DNA of 64,000 nucleotides from Styela clava (Eukaryota): NCBI RefSeq assembly GCF_964204865.1, contig NC_135259.1, positions 13,020,001 to 13,084,000 of the forward strand, read 5' to 3'. Shown piece by piece: positions 54,120 to 64,000 of this stretch (position 1 is its first letter; each line of letters starts with the position of its first letter). The notes under the pieces were generated by a model. It saw only the letters and a program-made list of their open reading frames with translations, ran no database searches and was not told where the DNA came from. The position numbers and the translations under genes were made by a program.

Positions 54120-56614
54120 ATTTAAAGGGTTAGAAAGTGCACATAGAAGTAAACATATATTACTTAAGTTTGAACCTCAACGTTGAACTCAACGAATATC
54201 TATAAAGTTTATCACAATCGATCTAATGCACCCTTCTCTAAGAAACCCGACAAAGATATCAATTAGAAACCATTGTTACGGATTATCTTATATCAAAACT
54301 TTCTCAATTGACAACGCCTAGAAATTATTTAGATAATTTTTGCCGTAAGAATTATTTGTTTTGGATTTTTCCAGAAAAATGTGGCTTTACCTAATCGGCG
54401 AAATAAAATATAAAAATGAACTCAAGAGTTACATGAAAGGATTTTAACTAAGATAAGGCCAATTACATATTTTGATAACCTAATTGTATAGATCAACCCA
54501 CGCGTGCCCATATACATTGTTACAAATTATATATCATTGTATGGATAAATAAACTTACGGAGAAGCTAAAAACTTGGTTTCTATGTTTTGGTATATATCT
54601 ACATCAAGGGTACAAAGAGCAGATAAATACATCTTGAAACGCTATCTATTAAAGAAGATTTCAAAGATACTATAAACCTGTTAGCATCGATATTATAAAA
54701 GCTAGGTTTAAGTATTATATTTTGATACGCCACTCTTTCTTAACGCAAACCGTGACTATCACCATATTAGGCAGAAGATGTCTGGAACAGATAACGCTGT
54801 CAGTCAAAATAATTTACGTCTCTGTAAACGGAAATTTCGAGAGATCAAGGGTGTAGCTAAGGTTAACAAGAATTCATCATTTTTTTTTTACTTCAAATTT
54901 TCGAAAAGGGAGTTTCTTGTATTTACCAAATATAAGTATTATTTCAATAATTTTCCTCATTAACAAATACATAAAATTTAGATATAATTCAAAATTATTT
55001 GATTTCATACAAGGTTTTCTGAATAAAAGATAGGTACAACTTTTTCTTGATCTAAAATACCAATTTATGTTGAAAAATGCTGTTTTCAAATATGATTACA
55101 GTAAAAAAGAGAAAAATTCTCCAATTAGTCACACATTAAAAATTTCAAGTTATGATCTGGCGACAACATCATAATTTATGATTTGCGAGGAGCGACAAAA
55201 AGAGAATTTTGGTATTTCTTGACAACTTTAATGCATCGAAATACACTTAAAATATTCAATGAGTCAATATTTATCAGACTTTAGGGGACCGAATTAAGGT
55301 TTATGAAAAACCGTTGAAATAGACCCCTTTTGATAAATTGTGTTCAATCAAAATATTTAGCTCAAAAAAATTGATCGCAAACATAGAAATAACTAGTTTC
55401 TTTAAATTCAAGCAATCCAATTAGCTTTGAGAATTTTTTAACGAAATAAATGCTAAAATTGGCAACGCTGTGGTTTGGTATATATGTATTTGTTTATTGG
55501 TACAATGACCATAGTTTTTCGTAAAGAATTTAACTTTTTCAGAAATGTATTTTTCTGCACAATCATGTAAAGTCGAGTGCCGCCATTTGAAAAAATACAG
55601 ACCAATGCAATATCCCCTCGATGCGTATTTATTTGAATGAGAATAACTGGAAATAAATGAATATATTTTTGTTTACTTAATTTATAACGGAAATCTGACG
55701 TCAAATACCCCACCCATCCATACATTTCGCTTTTTGTGGTAAACAAAATTGGCGAAAATTGCAACATGATGCAGTTATATTTTAAGATATAATAGGTTAA
55801 AAATATCACAATGGTTTCGGAGAAATTCATTAAACGAATAAACATTTTTTAACTGGCAGATAGATATTTTAACAGATTTTTTCTAAAATTGATATTATGA
55901 AATAGCAAACTTCAAACTAAGTAACCTATTCATTTTTGAGAATTTTTTGGAGATTGAAAGTGAGGCAAAAAAATAGGTTATTAAACCAAAAAAAGTCTAC
56001 AAATTAAATTTACGTGGTTTGGGAATATCAAAAAAATTACTGATTATCCTGCGTTGCCTTAATCAGTGTTAACTAAATACAATTGTAGGACAGATTCCAA
56101 TATATTTTATTTGCATTTACTCAGAATTATTTATTGGACGTTTACAAGTAACCAAATTATCATATATATGATAAGAATTTCAGCCCAAACTGTCGGTTCT
56201 TGGACGGTTTCGGGAAATTCGATTTTTGCCTATCTACGAAGAGTTTCCATATTTGTATTGTTATTTTTCTGCCAAAGTGACTATAAGTATATATAAACGG
56301 AATGAACGAAATATTGTGATTTCCCATCTTTGTTACGTAATACCGGAACAATATACTAGCGGCAGAGTTATGCAAAAACTTCTTACGCGATGTGTCTGGA
56401 AAATGCGGGACGACGGGTTTGTTATTGGATATAATTATTTTGTCAATCTTTCAACGTATCATCAATAAAAAGGTTTCGTGAAAAATAATAAAAAAAAATA
56501 ATGTTTCAATTTCGTGAAAAAATACGGATATCTTTTTGAAAAATAAATTGAAAGCAATGCACGTGAAAAAGTATTACGCAACGCCTTTTTTCCGTATTCA
56601 TGGGTTCGAAAAGC

Positions 56615-56621
56615 TATAAAT
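56615..56621 (+). promoter_or_regulatory. Putative TATA box of PF
   Basis: TATAAAT followed about 100 bp later by donor CTG|gtatgc (56719/20), with an acceptor ttttacag at 57061 ahead of the ATG. Confidence 0.4.
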
Positions 56622-57106
56622 AGTCTTGGATAGCGAACGATATCTCATATACGAATTTTGCTGAGTATCACAGTATGATCTGTGTTGATCTTTTCGTGGT
56701 CTTTGCAAAATATTGTCTGGTATGCATTTAACTATGTATATAGCTGTATTCGAAATGTGTGGCTGTCGCCTCAGCGTATTTGAACGTCCGATGTTACTTC
56801 AGATTTTTAGTATCACCATTATAGATACTACCAAACCTTTTTATATAAAATTCATCATCAACAATTAAGAGCCACGTTGGCCAAATATCATTTGTTGTTC
56901 ATAAAACAAATAATTTTGAAATTGTTGAATCGTTTGACCATTCTTATAGAATAATATGAAACGATGTGGTTCGTTAACACGTATAATACTAAAATAGTTG
57001 AACCACAATAAAAAGGAAAAAATATTACAGCATTATTTCTCTAAATCTTTTCATTTTACAGTTTATTTAAAATACCAATTTCTGTGTAACAAAAATTGAT
57101 CACAAA

Positions 57107-57858
57107 ATGAATAAGTGCACACAGCTAGCTCTTTTGTTGTTGGTATGCTGCATTCTTACGCTGACAACAACTGTCGAGTGTGCCCAAACACAGGGCGAAA
57201 ATTTGGCAAGAAGGTATATAAACAAATAATCTTATTTCTTAATTGAGTGTAATTTTTCGATGAAGTTGATGTTCAAATCAACAGCATCATTTTACAAAAA
57301 TGAATTGAATAAAACTTCTTCGGATTCATTTTGTCAATAGAAGCATAGAATAAAATGCTGATTACACAAATTTTAAATAGTTAATTCATAAAGATTATTT
57401 ACCTATTTCAATTCGGGTATTTAAGCCACATTTGAAAAATTGAGATGAATTTCTAGTTATGATTATTCATTATATCATTACTGTTTATTGTTTTTATTAT
57501 TATGCACTCTTTTTTTTAATAAAGACATCGTACTAGTGGCACCTGGAGTGGGCTAGTAAAACGTGATCTCCGACGTCAAGAAGAACTGGAAACGCTTGAT
57601 GGTAAATACTTTAAGATTCCATATATAGTTATATAAGTTTCATTGAACAAAGAAATTGGTTCAGCAGAAATATTATATTCAAGATGTGATCGTAAAACCA
57701 ATTAATACAAGTTTTTGTATTGGTCTGCGCGATCTAAATAAATATTTTGTAACATAACAATACGAGTAGACGAATTTACTTTTATCTAATTTTGAAATAA
57801 TCCCTAAAATTCCACAATGAAACTTTTTGTTTCAGATATCGTCGACTTATTTGAATAG
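57107..57858 (+). CDS. Secreted prepropeptide PF; exons 57107-57213, 57525-57601, 57836-57858; MNKCTQLALLLLVCCILTLTTTVEC-AQTQGENLARR|HRTSGTWSGLVKRDLRRQEELETLD|DIVDLFE*
   Basis: Not in the ORF track. Signal peptide; an RR-flanked core followed by KR; DLFE tail; family intron phases. Probable non-coding first exon at about 56645-56719 behind a TATA at 56615. Confidence 0.87.
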
Positions 57859-60637
57859 CAGAAACACATTTTGTGCGTGGAAATGGTTGTAAATCGAAAT
57901 GGTTCTTATAGATTGGATTCACTGTGCTGATGCTGAATAAACTATTCCTACAAAAAAATTTGGGGGAAATTTTATTTCAATATCCATTTTACATAAAACA
58001 AACATATAACGTAGCATGGATATTAGTTATTTCAAATGTAGTATATTCTTAACAAAATATAAATAAACTCATATGATATATTATTTTAGTTGTTTACTGT
58101 CGTTTATACTTGTTTTGAATGTTTGTTTCAAATTATTGGAAAAACAGATACAATGTTTGTATTATAAAGTTCTGCTCCGACTATAGACTACTAACTACAT
58201 TGTTTTCCATAATATCCTTTAACTTTGAAGTGTTGTAAATTATAAAAATGTACATGACACATCAGTACTCTGTGATTTTGTAAATATTGGCAAAATAAAA
58301 GAGCTTGAGTAACCGTCTTTGTTGTTGAAATTGAAAGTTCTATGATAAATTGAACACAACAACTTATGATTTATAAAACGTAGAATTTTGGAAGATTTAT
58401 CGTCTGAAATGACGAGGGGACGCGCATCAAGAAAATAGCAAAAATATCTCTACTTGAAGGAATGATTCAATGAATAATTGTTATTTAATGAAATATACGT
58501 TAAGTTGATGAAAAAAAATCGAAAATATAATTGATTTAACCAACCGAACTGAATTGACATGCTGTTTGAAATTTACAAATTGATCTGTCAATATTTTTTT
58601 GAAAAATGGAAAATAACAGCGAAGGCGAGTCTGATGGTTTTTATAAATAAATGAAAAAACTCAAAAATGTCCAACTATCACATAAATCCAAATTAAAAAA
58701 ATTTCATATCCGATATGAAAAACAAAATTTTTCCGACTCTTTTTCATCCCATTGCGTCAAAACAGAAAAAAACGTGGCAGAAATATAGTACTATCTTATC
58801 ATCAGTTTCTGCTTGCTAGAGGTTTGTTCGGAGTGAACGTGTGGAAAAAAATCCTCAGGGAACTCCGTTACCCTTTCTGGTAGTACATTAGGTTGAGTAC
58901 CAAGATTTCCAACCTTTTTCTTTTTTTCCTTCGCATCTACGTATATAGTATACACAAATTTCACAAAAGTAGCACGTAATTGGAATAATAGTAGATTACC
59001 GGTTGTTTTAATTCGCCGCCATTCAATATTTGTCATTAACTGACATGATCATTGCTTTTGCTATTCACACTCTAATATTTTATGCATAGACCGACTATAT
59101 ATATGACTAATAAACATTAGTATTGTTTACTGGATTTATTTGCACATCGTACATGTAGCGCGTAGGTTGTTCTTACGTAACAATTGTTCCCTCGGGTGTA
59201 TCAAGTTAATCAGTCATCGGCATTTAAAACCTAGTTATATCAATACAATTAAGCTTGGCGTGATTTAGGAACAAGGAAGTAAATGGTGAAAAAGTATTTA
59301 TATCGAAGCTTCTGGTCATTAATTCGAAGAGATTTTGATTATCAGTGGTCAGCGATGTTTAAGTGAATGCACTGTTTTTGCAACTTCTGCGCTTTGCAGT
59401 CATTATTTAGCTGTTTCTTGTCCTACTTAAGTATGGCGCATTGATAAACAGCGCTACACGAGGTATTTATCATATGTTTACATTTGACCCACTTTCTCTC
59501 ATCTAAGCAAACAATGTAACAAAGTGCTAATGCTGATACAAGTACTGATTATAATGATTTAATATAAAAATACAAATGTACTGCTGCGCATAGCCAACCC
59601 GATGCTTGGCCACAGTCGAGGTCTCAATGTCCGGCGTACGATATCGCTGAGAGACTTCATTGTCCATATATTTAAGCATTTCAAATGCAACAATCTAGAA
59701 GAAAGCCATAACCATAAAAGACCTCATTTTACGAGCAGTTAGCCCATGTTTGCTTTTGTTGAATATTACATGGCATATTCAAGGATTCTTTCATGCTGAG
59801 ATAATTAACGACCATGACGTGAATCAACGAACATTTAGTTATAGGATATGGTAAACTATTTGAACAAATATGAACAAAGAGAGTGGCACGATATCGCATA
59901 ACAAAGGTATTTTCACAAGAAGTCAAGAGGGCGCTCAATCGACTTGTAACAATTGTTTAACTTTTCAGCAAACCCCGGAGTGATATGGAGAGACCCCGGA
60001 GAGATAACAATGCTTAAATAGTTTACCTGTAGCGATATGGAATAGATATATTTTATTAGTATCGATATGAAATTACCAACATGGCACAATCGTCTGTTAA
60101 GTATTTCGACATATAAGGGGAAAAAGTTTATCGCATGCTAAATTAATTTAAAAAAATAAAAACAGTAGAGATAAAAATTGTAATTGAGTGTTCTTTGTAA
60201 ACAAAATAACAAATGAGGCTGGTTTTTGTATTTACATCGGATAGTAATTAGCGGGTGTATCACAGAACCTACAGTTGGTAAATCAGCTGCATTCAGCAGA
60301 TGTCGGTCTATATTCGTTTAGTGCGGGCTAGCGACTAGTACTCTGGCAATACTGTTCAGTCGGTAATTGTACAGATCTATCTGAAACGCGATAAACCATC
60401 ACATTACCACAACTACAGCAATAGTTCTTGCAACATTTCAATTCTGAGTGAGTGTGAACTCGTTACATTCCTCCAATAAACAAATCTCCTTAGTACATGG
60501 CGGTAACTAACACTGGTTGTGTGCATAAACGCCATGAATATGTGAATTTATCGAACATATATACTCAGTGATTGTCATTGCAGAATACAGGCAAACTTAG
60601 ATAGTTGAACTGTTAAAGTTTGGATAAATATACTAGA

Positions 60638-63600
60638 ATGGGTAAAGAGCTAGAAATTGACGATAAAAACCAGTCTTATCCTAATGGGGATAGTTCTGGT
60701 AATACTGAAAGACGCACAAGCAAGTCTAGTAAAGCATCTAGCGATTATCATTGCAAAGAAGAAGGAAAATATGGTTGGTTTAATTTCACTCCAGATTGGC
60801 TTCAAAGATTTAACAATCCTAAAGGATTTTTAGCGGCTTTCGGATTCTTCTCAATAACTCAAGGTAACTGAAACTTTGTGGAAATTTAGAGAATGATGAA
60901 GTAATAAGTTTTATTGTGATTCATACATTTAATAATGCGTACTTGATATGCGGATGTTCTGTGATGGTAATGATGTTATTCCTATTTCCGACCAACCACA
61001 TTAACACACGAGCCATTACTGCTCGAAACCTTAAAGTGGACCTAATAATGCTAAATGTCACTATGTAAAGCGAAAACCAAGTACAAGAAATATTACACTT
61101 TAATATAATTAATACATGCCCTTGCAAAATTAGCATTAGTTTACAAGGCCCTATAATCGCGTTGATGATTTTTAAAACAAGGTGGGAATATTAGCAAATA
61201 GACATAAAAACGTCACAATGAAAACTCCTCTGTACACGAATGCTTTTATATGAATGTCGTAAATTGTTTAACAATCTGTACAATATAAATGTAAAATAAA
61301 GGTGTGCTCGCGTGCGAAGTATGCTAGAAATATTGAAAAACGATCAGGAAATAATCCACTTTTATTTAAATTGGTTAATCGGCAAATCACGTTTCTTACC
61401 ACTTCTAATTCCTAAACACCACACTTTTATAACAAGATATGTTGGTAACACAGCTACGACAACACATTTATATAAACTATTAAGCACATTTCAACTTTAT
61501 GTTATTTTTTCCCAAATGAGCATAGTCAAAAAATGTGATCAGGACCGGCCTACTTATATATTCGTGCCCTATGCACAACTGATTGTGTTTATTATCTTTC
61601 AACAGGTACCAAATGGCAGCAAGAGCGACTTTACTTTACAAGTCTGGTGTATATAAAATGGCCAAGCTGACAATGAACACGATTCTAATTTATAATGGTT
61701 AAATTCAATAATTTACCATCATTAACTACTGACATTAGCATGTCAGAAGGCGGCCTTGAATTTGTGTATGTTAGGTTTGGCAATTTTTTCTATTCTTCAT
61801 CACAATATCTAACAAATTGTTATTTCAGGTATGCTGGTGAATGGTCTTGTCAACGTTAGCATCACAACTCTCGAAAGAAGATTTCAACTCACCAGCTTTG
61901 AATTGGGAATTGTTGGATGCAGTTACGACATTGCATTTTGTCTTCTGTGTTTATTTGTTACTTATTACGGCAACCACGCCCACAGGCCTCGGTTATTGGC
62001 AATTGGATCAGTAATTATGGGAACAGGAGCTATAGTATTTGCTTTACCACACTATATCACTGGAAATTATAAATACGAAACTGAGTTTTCAGGTAAAAAC
62101 AGGAGATTGCTTGTTACAGTTTTATCTCGATTTATAACATAAGGACTATTACTTTGTTAGGCTAACTGGTACTGGCATGTGGACTTTAATATTCATTAAG
62201 AACAGTAATTTAAAGTGAACTCGTTTATGTGTTTCAAATCATCATTTTAATTCAAAACATTCAACACTCTGTCATCTAAAAGTAGGTACCGGTAGAAACG
62301 TTTGACCTAGTCTATCACGGCTATTTCTAGTCTAAAACTAAAACTACTAGGAATGCCAACCTAAATTCTAAAACATAACCAAAAACTAACATACAGAAAG
62401 CAAACACTGTATCTTGCTGATTTGCCACTACGAAAGTAAACGAGGATTCATGTTCTGGAAAACATCTCTATCTTGCCAAAGCATAAAGCGTTAGCTATGA
62501 ATCCCATTTCAGGCGACTGATAGAATATAACTAATCCAAAAATACTATATTTTAAAGTTCCTTTTGTTTTAATCTGCTGGATATATGTGCAATTTTTCAA
62601 CATTATTACCGTACTATGAATCTGTTGAATATTTTTTAATTTGAAATGCTACTACAAATACTATTTATTTCTCAGATAGCTGCATTAGAGATGGGCCAAC
62701 AAGCAGTTGTTCAAGTGATGGAGACGAAGAAAATCTCCATGCATTTTTATACGTTCTAATATTGGGCCAGCTACTTCATGGAACTGGGGCCACTCCGCTT
62801 TATACGCTTGGTTATGCGTTTATGGAAGACAGTGTCAAGAAGGAAGAAGCTTCAATGTATTTAGGTGAACCATACTTATGTTTTGTCGATTTGAAATTCC
62901 ATGAAACATGGGCCATTGATTTTGTTTTCATTCTCTTAGCGTTGTGAAGAGAAGTTAGTAAAGATATAAATTATACAGTTTTAAATATTGACGATGCTAG
63001 TGTCACAGGTTAAAGGTCACGGTTTAAAAACATCTTCCAGAAGGTGTAGTAAATTCTGTCGAGTGTATGCCGACCAAGAAAGATTCCGTGCCTTCCAAAC
63101 TACCAGTAACTCCTTATCTAAAAGTAGATACCTATAACGATATTTGTTTGCGAAGTTAGAGAACTTAAATGAAGTGTGTTACTTGATTTTCAGGTCTTGC
63201 AAATGCTCTATCAATTTTCGGTCCCGTTCTTGGATATATTATTGGAGGTTATCTCTTATCAATATATGTTGACTTTGATTCCCCAGAGGCTATGGCTAGG
63301 TAAGAAAAATGTGTATATTTATATTACTGTATTGTATACAGAGGATTGGCAATGAATTTTGTAGTATTAATCAAGAGAGGTCGGCTACAATGATACGGTG
63401 TGAGACGGTAGTAGAATTTATAGGACATAGCTATATGTTTTTGATCATTAAATTCAAATAAAAATTTCAATAATGGAAACACTTGTACATTTGGCTTTGA
63501 TGTAATCTATACTCTTATAATACCGTTAAAATGATTTCAAATGAAATATTGCTCGCTTGAATTGACTCATTTTATATAAAAAAAAGCCTGATACAATTGT

Positions 63601-64000
63601 CTGGAACATTTGGAAAATTTACTACAACTAGACTAGCTGAATAAAATTATTCAACAGTCTCACCTTGGAACCGAGTGATCCCAGATGGGTTGGGGCTTGG
63701 TGGGTTGGAATGCTACTTGCAGCTGGAATGGCTTATGGACTTGTCACTGGACCAATGTCTGGATTTCCGAAGCAATTGCCTGGTATGAAAGATAGTTTGT
63801 ATTTGCATAAATGATCTTTACAACGTTGTCGTAGATACAAATTATGTAATAGAAATTCAGTTTTAATAAATTTACCCAAAATTATGGCCTTATTGTTAAC
63901 AATCACTTCTATTTCACCTTCGTGGATTCGTATTTCCCACAGGCACAGCTAGAAATCGAGCAATGCGCGAATCGGAAGTACATGCAAGTGCCGGAGCAGA
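60638..64000 (+). CDS. SLCO/OATP organic anion transporting polypeptide (OATP4-like), 5' part; exons 60638-60863, 61829-62092, 62676-62864, 63194-63299, 63658-63782, 63943->64000
   Basis: YGWFNFTPDWLQRFNNPKGF; GMLVNGLVNVSITTLERRF; HRPRLLAIG; FALPHY; GQLLHGTGATPLYTLGY; the OATP signature DPRWVGAWWVG; GFPKQLPG. Confidence 0.95.

Noticed and set aside
701-57601. Assigning the peptide family to glucagon/PACAP (R|HS...), GnRH, clavanin or styelin
   Set aside because: There is no HSDGxFT, QHWS...PG or clavanin/styelin sequence; only the general architecture is shared.
58791-59036. Hydrophilic 81-aa minus-strand ORF
   Set aside because: No recognisable motif or partner exons.
1-64000. Most 60-130 aa ORFs in the supplied track
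   Set aside because: They are AT-rich intronic, intergenic or antisense frames, often with TTG/GTG starts, or real exons read through into introns.

Overview
AT-rich, intron-containing animal genomic DNA. The short introns, GGTTAGGGTT-containing hairpin MITEs and gene content suggest an ascidian, possibly Styela-like (inference only). Most ORFs in the track are spurious, so genes were rebuilt by splicing by eye. Main result: eight small secreted prepropeptide genes (seven in the first 23 kb, one at 57 kb), mostly missed or truncated by the ORF track. All share three coding exons with intron phases 2 then 1. Exon 1 carries a signal peptide plus a hypervariable region ending almost always in Arg. 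Exon 2 carries a short, usually His-initiated core with one invariant Trp, then a KR/RxKR site (absent in one gene) and an acidic spacer. Exon 3 is a mini-exon carrying an invariant LF[DE] motif. The architecture resembles ascidian host-defence or modified-peptide precursors, but I cannot assign it to a named family. The rest of the window holds a divergent heparan-sulfate 3-O-sulfotransferase-like gene (-), an orphan gene with a tandemly duplicated exon (-), and two tandem SLC22-like transporter genes (+). The second SLC22 has ATG->AAG at its start, and the first is preceded by an apparently exact 3,023-bp duplication. The 5' part of an SLCO/OATP gene (+), trypsin-like protease remnants and many hAT/Tc1/SINE-type elements complete the window.
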